A DNA stretch of 63,728 nt, counting the filler, from Octopus bimaculoides (Eukaryota), in NCBI RefSeq assembly GCF_001194135.2. It is 3 parts of 3 records of this genome, joined end to end, with 100 filler letters (N's around TTAATTAATTAA, not from the genome) between each part and the next. Parts side by side here need not be neighbours in the genome. Positions count along the whole stretch, not along the records: positions 1 to 30,258 come from NC_068981.1; 2 more parts are not named here. One strand, given 5' to 3'. A model generated the notes under the pieces. The model saw only the letters and a program-made list of their open reading frames with translations, did no database searches and was not told the origin of the DNA. Numbering within the stretch: the stretch's first letter is position 1; each line of letters opens with the position of its first letter. Shown piece by piece: positions 1 to 13,659 of this stretch. The position numbers and the translations under genes are program-made.

Positions 1-500
1 TATGCAGTTAAAATATGCGTTTTACTCCATTCATTAAATTTATATATACTCAAGTACCCAAACTATCAAGGAGTTTCTACCTCATAAACAGGAGTTACAC
101 CACAGTTGTTTTCTGATCTTTGCTACCCTGGTATCTATTAACCAATTTATTTTGTTCGAGTTATTTATTAATTAGGAGAAAATAAATACATATAATAATA
201 TATATATATATATATGTTTTTGCGTGTGCGTTTGTGTGTTTGTATGTGTGTATGTGTGTGTGTGCGTGTATACTCGCGTATATATACTTATGTATGTACA
301 CGTATACATATATACATTCCATTAATTCTATTATGTTATATACGCCCTCACTGTACCACTTTTGTCCTTCCCTCGTACAGTTCTCTACTATTTGAAGTCT
401 CATATCTACCTCACTTCCTTTTAAAGTTAGAACTAGTAACTTTTATAATCCAATACGTTAGATTTTCCTAGATACTTTAACAATGGAATGCTAGCGGATA

Positions 501-614
501 TTATAGTTTACTAAAGATTTCATTAACTCTTCGACTATAGAACAACCAATATATTTTTTGCTTTAGACACATTTCAGTTATTCAACGAAATGGTAACTAC
601 TAATATTCTTTCTT

Positions 615-665
<51 letters not shown>

Positions 666-1405
666 NNNNNNNNNNNNNNNNNNNNNNNNNNNNNNNNNNN
701 NNNNNNNNNNNNNNNNNNNNNNNNNNNNNNNNNNNNNNNNNNNNNNNNNNNNNNNNNNNNNNNNNNNNNNNNNNNNNNNNNNNNNNNNNNNNNNNNNNNN
801 NNNNNNNNNNNNNNNNNNNNNNNNNNNNNNNNNNNNNNNNNNNNNNNNNNNNNNNNNNNNNNNNNNNNNNNNNNNNNNNNNNNNNNNNNNNNNNNNNNNN
901 NNNNNNNNNNNNNNNNNNNNNNNNNNNNNNNNNNNNNNNNNNNNNNNNNNNNNNNNNNNNNNNNNNNNNNNNNNNNNNNNNNNNNNNNNNNNNNNNNNNN
1001 NNNNNNNNNNNNNNNNNNNNNNNNNNNNNNNNNNNNNNNNNNNNNNNNNNNNNNNNNNNNNNNNNNNNNNNNNNNNNNNNNNNNNNNNNNNNNNNNNNNN
1101 NNNNNNNNNNNNNNNNNNNNNNNNNNNNNNNNNNNNNNNNNNNNNNNNNNNNNNNNNNNNNNNNNNNNNNNNNNNNNNNNNNTGTGTGTGTGTGTGTGTG
1201 TGTTTGGGTGTGTGTGTGTATAATTTGTAGTTTAACATAGTGTGAAGTAGTTAGAGTAAATGAGTAAAGTCTCCTACAGTTTTTTCTAGAATGGCCATGC
1301 ATGTAGAGCTTGGGTTATTGACCTGGGATTTCTACTTAAGCTAAGTATGCTATCATCACCAGAGAGAGGGAGAGAGAGAGAGCGAGAGAGAGAGGGAGAG
1401 AGAGC

Positions 1406-1473
<68 letters not shown>

Positions 1474-1589
1474 TAAATAAAGAATATTAGTAGTTACCAT
1501 TTCGTTGAATAACTGAAATGTGTCTAAAGCAAAAAATATATTAGTTGTTCTATAGTCGAAGAGTTAATGAAATCTTTAGTAAACTATAA
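501..1589. repeat. Inverted repeat pair, arms about 501-620 and 1470-1589, continued inward by (CT)n/(AG)n
   Basis: ttatagtttactaaagatttc...atggtaactactaatattcttt at 501-612 is the reverse complement of about 1478-1589 with one mismatch. An N gap lies between. Confidence 0.9.
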
Positions 1590-1781
1590 AGTTTATTACC
1601 TCTGTCAAACTTTAATATAAATGGATATTAGCGTCAAAACTCTTATTTAAATTTTTGATGTATAACCAAGGAGATCGATCCATAAGAAGTTTACTATAGA
1701 CCTTTGTGGACGAATTTTTGCTATTTTGGTAACGGAAACATGTTTTATCTCACCAATACATTGTATAGATATGATTATATG

Positions 1782-1845
<64 letters not shown>

Positions 1846-2625
1846 TATATATATATATATTCAAATAACCATTAGCCGCATCAGTTTTATTTCATACACA
1901 ACTAGACTCAACAACACTAACTTACCATGTTTTTATCTTTCATAAGGGTATTATGTATATCTGAATATGTTATGTGACAATCACTCCATGTAGTCTTCTG
2001 TAACAACATAATATTTTTCTGGTCTATTTTTTTAAAGTATTCTTGTTTTGGCGCTGAGGAGAACAGTAATGTGTCATCAATTTAATTATACTTAAATTAT
2101 TTCTAATTTTTTTACCATGTTATGTACATGTTAATGTTACTGTTCAAACGACCGTATGCTTTGATTAAATTCTCTTAAAACTAATAACACCTTCTCTTCT
2201 CCGTCTTTAATTGTTGCTTGAGTTTTCTATAGGATATTCGTTCTATAAATACTCATAACACACGTTATACCCGTAGCATTTTCATATTCAAAAAATTCTT
2301 AGAACAGTTCGCTACGAATGTAATATGAAGACTCTTTATTAGAAATCGAACTTTGGAACTCACCAAAGTAAACGATGAAATAGAACTTAACCTTTTCTCA
2401 TATATATANNNNNNNNNNNNNNNNNNNNNNNNNNNNNNNNNNNNNNNNNNNNNNNNNNNNNNNNNNNNNNNNNNNNNNNNNNNNNNNNNNNNNNNNNNNN
2501 NNNNNNNNNNNNNNNNNNNNNNNNNNNNNNNNNNNNNNNNNNNNNNNNNNNNNNNNNNNNNNNNNNNNNNNNNNNNNNNNNNNNTATACATACATGTATG
2601 TATGTATGTATGTATATGGAGAAGG

Positions 2626-2657
<32 letters not shown>

Positions 2658-2697
2658 CCCTCTCTCACTGTAATAATAATAATAATAATAATAATAA

Positions 2698-2735
<38 letters not shown>

Positions 2736-3213
2736 GTGAGCATATGTATATATATGTACATATGTGCGTACGTATACACACGCACACATATACACAACTC
2801 TGTGTTTTTATAATTGGTATACAAACGTGAAACTGTAGGAGCTGAAATATTTTGTCTCAGAAACTGTTCTCAAAGACGCTTGGGTATTAAAAACCCAGGG
2901 TTCTGGTCAGAACGCCTTTGAATCATCAGGGTGTCTACCTTCTATTTTAAGCCGTATATGCTTATACCTACCTACCTAGAAATCAGTAGACACATCATTT
3001 ACTGATATCTGCGTAAGACATTCAGGTTAGTATTATATTAATATACGCATTGACAAAGACACAAAATAGCGGTGTGTATAACATAATGTGTATACAAACG
3101 TAAAACAACGATATTATATCACAGGAAAAGTTTTCGATGTGATGCGTGTTAAAAATACACAGACGTTCACTCAGAACGATACGAGTGAAGCTACATGAAC
3201 AATTACTTTCTAG

Positions 3214-3300
3214 GTTTGCCAGCAAGATCCATTTGATGAGACTCTGTTGTGCTATGAATCATTGTATTATATATGTGACAATGATAAATGGAATAGCAAA
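3214..3300 (+). CDS. Candidate 87-nt phase-0 exon
   Basis: ttactttctag| and aaa|GTAATA boundaries. Reads VCQQDPFDETLLCYESLYYICDNDKWNSK and is frame-compatible with 2233-2319 (DIRSINTHNTRYTRSIFIFKKFLEQFATN). Confidence 0.2.
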
Positions 3301-6149
3301 GTAATATGTGTGTGCTAAGGATGAAGTTTAACCTAAGATACTATTTGACAATATTCTGGGAACACGTAATAGTGTAAAACCAACTTAACAAGAATATTTT
3401 TTGTCTATGACACCGTGGCGTATATTCTGGCGAATATCCTTTACTTTAGAATTGCTACTAGATGACAGTCATAAAATATCGGGAACGACTTGCACTTCAC
3501 AGGAGGGAGCTCGAAACGTCTACCTTCTATTACTTAGGACATGTAATTTAGGTGATCTAATATCAGTATGGCTAAATGACAGAAACAATCTTAGAGAGTA
3601 TTACAAAGACTAGATTCAGTCGCATTATCATGGCATGATATAAGAATACAGTAATAAACTCTATAATGTATTATCAATTGCTAATGAAGACAATATTTTT
3701 TCCATAATAGGGAATAAATTTCATGAGTATGGATCCCAACATAGCTACCCTTCTAAAATCAATAATTTAACAAAATAAAAGCCTGTCAAAAGATGTCAGC
3801 GAAATAAACTGAAACTCATGTCTGAACAAAATATATCCTACCATGCTCTATTAGTTCCGGCTTTTTGTAGTTCTAGGTAGTAGAGGCATTATGGTTAACT
3901 TCAAAGTTGAGGGTTTAACTAAATATCATTTGGATGTAAGGTGTTGGTTAAGAATTTTATTTAAGGGTTTATATTTAGGACTAGGCTTAAGGTTAGAATA
4001 ACGGGTAAACCGAGAAAAGCGGAATGAATTTCTTTTTTTCTTTGTAGACTTTTAAATGTTTAAAACATCGGCATCTGAAACAAAAATAATAATTACAAAA
4101 CAAAGCACAAAGAAAAACGAAACAAATATTGCGTTTTGTCTTTCAATTTGAAACTCTGCCACCATGTGTTTATTCAAAAATTCTGTTATAATTTCGTTAA
4201 CTTATTTGTCTTCATTCCAGCAACGCCAAATGTTTCGATTATTAATGTATTAGTCTGGGGGACATAAATCATAAATTCATTTCATTATGTAATTAAAATA
4301 TTTATGCATAACTTCTTCTTGTCCCTCTCGTCTTTGTTTATGTATTTATTACAACCAATCTTGCATATCGGATATATTTCTACTATTAACAATATACTAC
4401 AATAGATTTTACATTAATTCAATTCACTAACGTTTATACAAATAGCAGCCAAGAAAAAAACTTATTGAGCGTATGGAATTCATTATATTCAGATTAGGTT
4501 TGTAGCGATGTTTTTGTGAACGACGTTTCTTGTTTTTATCACTATTAATGAATGTTCATAATTTTCATAAATGTTCACGTACTTATTGAAAGTTCATGGA
4601 CGTAATTAGTTACTATTTGATTTGTCGTGTATCTGATAGGGTTTTTCTTTTATTTGATTTCTGGATTTATGCAAGAAAATTTTACTACATTTAGTGATAA
4701 AATTTCGGTCTGGCTGGGGCAACATATTCAAAGGCGTTAGTTATTTTAGTCTATAGCATAAAATATTAATCTCTTATGACAGAATAATTAAGTTCTTTAT
4801 TGACATGAAGGCCTGCTATATTGTTCAATTGTTTTTCAACGATAATTGTGCGAAAGTAGGTATATAGACACATACAAACGCATATATACATACAAATAAC
4901 TACAAATACATATAAATACATATAAGCGCATAAATATTTACAAACAGATATACTTACATACACAGATGCATGCATCCATGCATACATACATACATATATA
5001 CATACATACATACATATTCAGATATACTACATAAAGAGAAGGCATCTGGCAGAGACCGAATGGTTAGGTGCTGACACATGAAGCTGATCTTCTATAGAAA
5101 AACTTTAATATTTATATTCAAAACAACTATGGAAGGCAGATTGACATACCGATTTGAATTGCTACAGCACAGACGAGTCATATATTTAAGAATAGCATCA
5201 TCGATTTGTCAGAAAATTATAACTCCATTCCTTGTATGAACACTCAGTGCAAAGTTTACGCAAGCTGTCGCAAATACTGCGAAACCAAACAATATAGTAA
5301 CTAATTAGGCAGGCGGAAAGGAGGGAATGTGAGGATGAGTTGAACAACTTTCGATAAACAAAGCTGTACTGTCTGAAGTAAGAAAGCACCACAGAATTCT
5401 TTTGACAGTATGGCGTTATTATACGGAAGTTTTCTAGCGTTTCTTCTCAATGTCAGGTGAACCAATTCTTCATTTGGGTTGAATAAAGGGTGGTGCTTTG
5501 GGAATATCTTTAAAGTATGGATCACGAGCTATAAACTACCTTCCTGGATCCGAATAGGAAGTCAGTAACCTTAAAGGCTAGCAAAGACTGTATCTTTGGC
5601 TATGATGTCAAGTGGGATAGAGTGACTGTTATCCTTCATTCGTTTTGAGCTGTTCTTGTAAACGTTCGTTTGTTAGAACTAGTGGGAAACTACAATGACA
5701 TCGGAGGGGCACGTTAGGATTGTATGAAAGTATGAATAGAAGACGGGGTCTGAATGCGTCGCAAAAGTTGCTGACGTATTTCAAGTGACAAATACTGACC
5801 GGATTTCATAAATAACTGCTGAATATCTCCCTAATGGGTTAGCTGATAGGGATTGAGCAGAGTTTCTACAATTTCAGCTTGTTAACTACTAAGTACACTG
5901 CTTAGTGATTTGCTCAGTCAACCTTGATACTATCATAAGTAGGAACCTAATAAATGAATACTGAATGCGTCGCTTCTGGTACACATCGCGTTTAGCGATG
6001 ACATTTAGCGACATACCACGTGCTAATGCTTCTTGTTTGCTGGTGTCACTTAACTTTGTGTGTCAGTCATGACAACGAGGTGTAATCATACACAGATGAC
6101 ATTATGTAATGACAGTACACAAAACCTAAATAATTTTATCGTATAACAT

Positions 6150-6290
6150 TTTTACAGGAAGGTAGGTAAGATATCAGTTACAAACAATAAAATCTGTACC
6201 ATCAAAAGAAGTGCCGGAATTTTGGAGTAAAATTTGGGCAAAAGAAAAATCACACAATAAAAAGGCCCCATGAAAAAGCATCAGCTGAAT
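6150..6290 (+). mobile_element. Short R4/Dong-like ORF remnant (pre-RT region)
   Basis: Reads PSKEVPEFWSKIWAKEKSHNKKAP, resembling the FWxxIW...HN motif upstream of RT in this clade. Confidence 0.4.
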
Positions 6291-7110
6291 CGCTAGAACG
6301 ATGGAAAAATACCGCTGCACGTTATTTGTTGCAGGTCTTTATATTTCGAGTTTAAATTCCGCTGAACACAACTATGTCTTTCAATTCTCTAGAAGGAATA
6401 CAATTAAGTACGAGTCAGATACTGAGACTGATAGTATCTGTGATAATCTACTGGACATTGTTAACAGTGCATGACAGGTACTGGAAGGATATAAATTGGT
6501 GGTCGCCTGGAATGCTGGCATGAAAAGGAAAAGGCTCTTCGGAGTGGGTCATATCCAGGAAAGGGCAAACAATGTGTATTTTGTGAGTGAAGTGGACTCT
6601 ATGCGAATATTAAGGTTTGTAATGGGAAAAGGCCAGTCTGAAAGATATCAGACAGAAAGGATTGTGCTCTTCAAGACATCGATTCAAATTCCAGCAACAA
6701 CAGTATAGACAATGATGTTGGTCGTGTACTTGATGGAACTGTACCTAAGCGACTTTGTTCAGAACTGAAATGGTCAGAATTTTGATTTTCTGAGATAATT
6801 TACGGGTTTTATATCTTTATAGATAGTTAATTATCACCCTTGCGAGACATTAACAGCAGTAACTGGGATGGTATAAATGGCGGTCTCATGGAATGCGAGG
6901 GAAGGAATTTCTGCCATGAAATTCTGTGAGGTACAGAAATCAGACATTGATATGCGATGTTCATTGTGGTATCCCTTTATCTACAGATGATATTACATCT
7001 GTGGCAGTTTAGTAAGTCATTACACTTTGGCGGTTATCTGCTACTGGTGAAGTATGCATTCCAGTACGCACTGAATCCTTACCTTAAAAGTGCAGGCCTT
7101 GTACCTAAAT

Positions 7111-7272
<162 letters not shown>

Positions 7273-7276
7273 TGTT

Positions 7277-7500
7277 AAGGTGGCGTGCTGACAGAATTGT
7301 TAGCACGCAGAGCAAAATGCTTAGCGATATTTCGTCTACGGCTACGTTCTGAGTTCAAATTTCACCGAAGTCAACTTTGCCTTTCGTCATTTCGAAGTCG
7401 AGAAATTAAGTAACAGTGAAACACTGGGGTCGATATAACCGACTAGTCCCTTTCCCTCAAATTTCAGGTCTTGTGCCTACAATAGAAAGGATTATTATTA
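7277..7500 (+). mobile_element. tRNA-derived SINE, family A, with (ATT)n tail
   Basis: ggtggcgtgctgacagaattgttagcac...ttctgagttcaaatt...ctttgcctttcgtcatttcgaagtcga...cactggggtcga...gaaaggattattatt. Other copies at 44812-45030 (+), 45155-45330 (+), 55840-55965 (-), 56280-56359 (+, partial). Confidence 0.88.
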
Positions 7501-7504
7501 TTAT

Positions 7505-7752
7505 TTTATGTTTGACTTTTGTTTTGCATTTGTACAAGTTGGATCCAAGTCTCACCCAGAGACCTCAAGAGACAACAAGTTAGAAGTTCATGTAGGTGTT
7601 ATGCCTAGGGTACCATATATTTGGATTTGTACAGTTTTGTTCAAGTGAATGTTTAAGAAACCATAAGAAAATTATGTTTGCTTTAAAATTTGAGATCACA
7701 TAGACAGTATTTTACGTAGGATATGGGCAGTTCCCATGAGCACTATCTTTTG
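7505..7752 (-). mobile_element. 3' end of an R4/Dong LINE, same subfamily as 53505-54845
   Basis: Closely similar to 53505-53750 (ttttatgtttg...gacctcaagagacaacaag...gggcagttcccatgagcactatcttttg). Runs into an N gap and abuts the (TTA)n tail of a SINE. Confidence 0.9.
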
Positions 7753-8347
7753 NNNNNNNNNNNNNNNNNNNNNNNNNNNNNNNNNNNNNNNNNNNNNNNN
7801 NNNNNNNNNNNNNNNNNNNNNNNATAAAAACTGCTCTGGGACCAGTATCATCATCATCATGTTTTCTATATTTGTAATTGGATATTCAGAATATATATGT
7901 ATATTTCTGTCGTATTTAGAATGTGGGTAATGTGATGGAAATCAAATTTCATTTCAGAAAATGTTAGCTTTCGGATTAAAAAAAAAAAATTACCGTAGCT
8001 TTCGTTTAAAAAAAATATCTATCATATAAAGATTAATTTTAACTTTTGTTTTAAAGTAAATTATCTCATATATGAAAATTAACAGATTTCTGAAATCCTA
8101 TTTTTCACTGCCTCATAAAACCATCTGTACAAAAGTAATATTTTACATCTTAAGGTTATCCTCAGTGCTCAGATAAAATGTTTCCTCTATTGTGAAATAA
8201 AATCTCATTTATATACAAATACACAAACATCAATTACAAATGCAAAAACGTAATAATCTACGTGTATATTTATATTCATTTATGTCTATTCATATACGTG
8301 CATACATATATATACAACCATGCTACAGTCATACTTATGTACACGAA

Positions 8348-8408
<61 letters not shown>

Positions 8409-9499
8409 GTGTGTGTGTATGTGTATCTATGTGTGTTTGTCTGCATCATTAATAGATACCTATAATTGTATATGCGTCTATATGTATATACAAACCCACT
8501 CGCACACATATATACCCGTAAGCACACCGCACTTATGCAACAATATGTGTAAAAATATTTATATTCACACCATCGCAGTTGATAGAATCAAATATATATT
8601 CATCATATTCGCTTTCACCGATGTGTTAGAAACAATGAATAAATTTAACACAACCATTAATATCAAACCCGTTACAGACATTCCATTATAGCTAAAGCTT
8701 CCATGGGTACCAGACAATTATTCCTCAAATCCTTTCTATCGTAGCGATATTCTATGAACATAATATCGATAAGATCAATTTACTGTCAGAACACAAGATC
8801 TGCAGAAATATTTTCTCTCTCGTGCATTCTCTCGCGTGGTAAAATGCAAACAAATGCATGTTTATCATAGATTTCCAGCATTTAGCTTTTAATAAGACAG
8901 CCAACCAATCAACCAGACAAGTTATCACTGTGCCAGCAAGATTCTAATTTTAACCAACAGATATCAATCGCATTAAATTTATCCTAGGATTCAAGTATTT
9001 TAACAGGATTGGCTTTACTTACTTGACCCGGAAACATACAATTCATCTTAACATAATTTACATCTATTGCTCAAAACCTTTGTTATTCTTGCAAATGGTT
9101 GCTAATCTTATTTCATCCGGGACGTAAGCCACACAGGACAATGGCTGTTATTAGTTATGAGATCTTTCTCAATAAAGAATCTCTTCTTCGCAGGAGATAT
9201 ATTCCTCCACATGTTGTTTATAGCTTTTTTTTATCGTTAGACCTTTGTTCTTAGTAAGTCTGCTCATTACCATCGGCCTTCGCTTGGTTACTATCCTCAT
9301 AAATGGATTGAGCAGCACTGCCATATGAAACTACTTCTTAGTTCAATATTAACTTGTCTCTTTGCTAAGGGCGACTATTATTAGATGTATGGAAGGCCTT
9401 AGAGAAAATATAAGACACGAACAACACTATGAATAACATACAGGGGCAAAACGACACCGTCGCCAGTTAACTAACCTCAGTATAAAAGTCGAAATTTTT

Positions 9500-10150
9500 G
9501 ACCTCGTGTTATAGAGCTTCATCAATCTTAAACGTATGACATAATATTTCTAAACTGAGTGTATGCGAATTATTCACAAACTTTTATAAGCTGATATTGC
9601 AAAAGACTTAGCGAATCTACGTTTTGATACACAACACACGTGATCTTGACAATAAACGAAAGGTGAACTACCATTGACCAAATGTGATTATCATGCATCA
9701 TAAATGCTAAGCTTGGTAATCAATTTAAAATTTTGTCTTAATCAGGCCCGTCTTTACAACCCAACCCAAACGCAACTGTATCCGTCTCAATCCTTCCCAA
9801 ATTGATTTAGCTATCTAAGAATTCAGTACATCAAGTTTGGTCCCTTGTGCAGGCAAGTATATTTGGTTCCACGTACTGCTTTTATGGAGCAGATGTCAAC
9901 ATCATATTCGATTTCTTCTGGATTATTGTAAGTCCAAAAGCAGTATAGATATTGAAGGAAAGGTTTTGTTATTTTCTGAATGTTTCTAAGAATCTCTTCC
10001 GTATATTTCTACTTCGGGTGTCAAAGATATTCATCAGATCAGCGAAAGCTTAGTAAAGAGAGTGTTTCTGACTATGCATTTCTACAATTGACGCTAAAGA
10101 TAATATCTGTGGTTCTTCTACAGGATCTAAATGCATGTGGAGGATCTAGG
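9500..10150 (-). mobile_element. Possible ancient CR1-like LINE remnant
   Basis: Weak residual motifs on the minus strand, in the expected order: LRRIQLR (cf. LERVQRR) and AYKSL (cf. DLI.AYKI). Confidence 0.3.
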
Positions 10151-10523
10151 ATAAAGATGAATCATATACATNNNNNNNNNNNNNNNNNNNNNNNNNNNNN
10201 NNNNNNNNNNNNNNNNNNNNNNNNNNNNNNNNNNNNNNNNNNNNNNNNNNNNNNNNNNNNNNNNNNNNNNNNNNNNNNNNNNNNNNNNNNNNNNNNNNNN
10301 NNNNNNNNNNNNNNNNNNNNNNNNNNNNNNNNNNNNNNNNNNNNNNNNNNNNNNNNNNNNNNNNNNNNNNNNNNNNNNNNNNNNNNNNNNNNNNNNNNNN
10401 NNNNNNNNNNNNNNNNNNNNNNNNNNNNNNNNNNNNNNNNNNNNNNNNNNNNNNNNNNNNNNNNNNNNNNNNNNNNNNNNNNNNNNNNNNNNNNNNNNNN
10501 NNNNNNNNNNNNNNNNNNNNNNN

Positions 10524-10602
<79 letters not shown>

Positions 10603-11479
10603 ATATAGAATTTATGAGATTATGGTACCTGCAATCGATACAATTACACTCTGAGGAAAATTTTAACAACAGTTACAAACAACTGAATTACTACAGCTTT
10701 GCTTTCTGCTTGTGTCTCTGTGCTCTGAAATTAGTATTGCATCTCCCCAACCCTGATGAGGAAAAGTTATCCCTTTTGAACGTTGAGCATAAAATTCAGC
10801 TTTGGACTGCTTAATAGCAATTTTGATATCCCGATGTTAGAATTATTATTCAGTAACTAGGCGCTGTGGTAGGGCTTGTATAACGTTCTCGTCCATTGTC
10901 CGAAAGCTGTATTAAATGATTTATCTATTTCTTCAGAATATCTTCAGCGTTGTTGATTAAAATGTGTTTGTTTGGAACAGAGACAGCCAGATATCTCATG
11001 AATTGGTAAAGACAAAATATTCGTTTTAGCAAACTTTGCGTTGCTTTGGAGAATTTCTTATCAAAAGGCAGTTGAGTCTCTACGGATATATTCAAACGCC
11101 ACGCTATTTTCGTTGTTCTTAGTTATCTTTGTAAAAATTGATTTACTGTCCTTCATAAATTCCTTTTTATCCAAAAGTTTCTTTTCAAGGTAAATTAGTA
11201 TTGAACAACTGATGTAATTCATTACTGATGTCTAGAGGGTCCTGTATTTCTGACTTATTTTCGTCGATAACAGTCTTTTAGTTTGCTGTCCTGAAGACCA
11301 TGTGACATTGGAAAAAGCATCTCTACCAACTTTACAAAATCATCCTTTCACCCATTTTAAATGATGGTGGAAGTACAAGCAGTATTCTAGTTTGAGAAAC
11401 TATTACTAAACCCTACCCGTTATGAAAATCTCAATGATATTCCTTTCCACTTCACAAACGCTGAACATCGTGCACAGAT

Positions 11480-12150
11480 ATATGACAATAACAAACACAA
11501 CTTAAGACACTTCACCCAACAAGGCTACCGGTTCTAAGAATATGACGTCTCTTATTCTCAAATAATGTTCCTATAAAACAATTATCCTCAGCAAGTATTT
11601 CAATTTATTTCTCAATAAAGCTATATTGGGATTTTGGATGTTACAATGTGTTCCATTTCATGATGCACAACATCTCTACTCAATCACTTCGAGTCTCTCC
11701 CTGTACTTAATGATCACCAATACGATTTTCGTAAAGGTATCTCTATTAGAGATCGACGTTTTTATGCCATTCTCCTGCGGGATCTGACTTTGGAAAAAAA
11801 TGTGGGCGAAGCAGTGTTGTTACTTTCATAAAACTCAAAGCTTTCGACTGGATTTACAATGCAAACCTCCTTGAAAAAACTGTACCCCTATAGGTTTCCT
11901 ATCGTCACGTCTCCTGGGTCAATGTCTTTTGGGTAGTTACATAATCGCATAGTGTGCTGATAGTGTTTCCTTTAATCTGTTAACTCACTCGTCTTTCGCG
12001 GTCGGACATCGTACTTAACACGTCTTCTCTAAAAACGATTTATTCGTTCTAATTTCCAATAATATCTACTCTTCTGCAGGTGATTCCACTCCTCGTTTCT
12101 TCCTACTGTTCCACACTCTTACATATACGGCCTGAGGGCCTAAAAAAAAA
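11480..12150 (+). mobile_element. Heavily decayed LINE RT remnant (CR1/Jockey/I-like)
   Basis: Residual LNDHQYDFRKG, aaagctttcgactgg (KAFD) and a decayed ADDST motif. No open ORF. Confidence 0.5.
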
Positions 12151-13659
12151 ATACACCGACCTCATAAATAGAAACCTCGGAAATCTTGTCTTACAGTCTC
12201 AAACCTTCTTGACTAATTTAATAAAAGACAGTCAGTAGACATGCAACGAAACGTTATCGCATCCACTAACACCTAAACAATGGAACACTAACAGTAGCTC
12301 TAAATACTAGGATCCACTAATAAAGAGACTTTCATCGGCCGTAGGGACATTCTTAAGTCTCAAAGTTTATCATAAAGACTGGTATTCTTATTTTTGATCA
12401 GAAAGTATCTCAGCTGCCAACGATTAGTAACTCTCCAGAAGCTTAGTTGAGGTTCTCATTGGTATACATCTATCACTTCTGGACGTTTTTTCCACCAAGC
12501 ACAAAAATATCTGCGACCAAATACCATGAATATCATGAAGTCACACATACACAAGTTCTAGTGTCCAGTACATTATTTTGCACGTTATTTTGTACATTAT
12601 CACTAAACATATATGTCTAAAGTACTAAATGAAGTAAATAAGGTAAATAATATTTCGAATATTTCAGTTATAAATAAACGTATATATATGTAAAACAGCA
12701 TGAAAGCTGTTCTGTGATTTTACTAAATACATGACTATTGTTCGGACATATTGCATTAAATATAAGCATTTCACAAGCATTTCTATCGAGTTATTTTTTA
12801 ATTTTTATTGTTTTTCAGAAAGTCTCCGTCAAGTTATAATGAATAAAGAATGTTATAACTAGCAGTGTAATACAAATTGACGAAAAAGTAAATTAACTTT
12901 TAGTTTAGATAATAACACCAAAATAAGCAAAACTAAATATGTGGAACGTGAAAAGTCTTTAAAATGTGTGCGGAAGAGTAAAACAGTTTTTAACAAACGC
13001 TGTATTCCTGTTTTTTTTTTTTTGAGTGTCACTGAAACGTTAATTGAATATGAAGTTACTTTAAAACAGCCAAATGAAATACATTTGCCTTGTGTCACTA
13101 ATTACCAGGAGTTATACGACCTATTGCTGTCTTATTTTACACAACGAATTTGTGACAATGCGAATACTGAGTAATAATTTATTTGCGACGTGTGCTACAG
13201 AGCAAGTGATGCGTTTTGAGGTACATGCTTGTGTAAATGATAACTTTGTTTCCTAATGTGAGTTGATTAGTGTCGAGAAAAGAGCAATTAAATATTTAAA
13301 ATCTAATAAATTTAACTAACTTTGCCAAGATTAGTATTTTATTATGAGATTAAAATTTTAGGAATAAAGAAGTTCTCTGAGTGCAGGGCTAAATAACTAT
13401 ATCCTTATCTTTAAAGAAATACTAAACAAATTTCCGAACTCAATAGACATTTTGTTTGTTCAAATATTCATATGAAATCATATTAGTATATATATATATT
13501 ATGAATCAGGCATGGATACGTGGTTAACACGCTAGCTTTGCATTTGCATGAGTTCACTCTGCAACACCTCCGTTAAGTATGTTCTATACTCCTGGGCTGA
13601 TATAAGCACTGCGATAGAATTTTGTAGTCGGAGAGTGTCTAAAATTTTCTGCCTTTATA

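Noticed and set aside
574-1302. Long ORFs spanning N runs or dinucleotide repeats (this and many others in the ORF track)
   Set aside because: Open only because N, (CA)n, (TA)n and (CT)n contain no stop codons in those frames.
4783-4855. AG/GT-bounded open frame IIKFFIDMKACYIVQLFFNDNCAK as an exon
   Set aside because: The antisense reads VEKQLNNIAGLHVNKE, resembling the RTE GLxINxxKT motif, so it is probably a LINE remnant.
9853-9927. Candidate exon with GTAAGT donor (ASIFGSTYCFYGADVNIIFDFFWII)
   Set aside because: Lies antisense within a probable decayed CR1-like LINE. It shows how easily false exons arise here.
13584-13600. VLYSWAD similarity to PX-kinase-like proteins, together with CLHPFIY at 17240-17316
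   Set aside because: The first lies inside a degenerate SINE, and both matches are too short to be meaningful.
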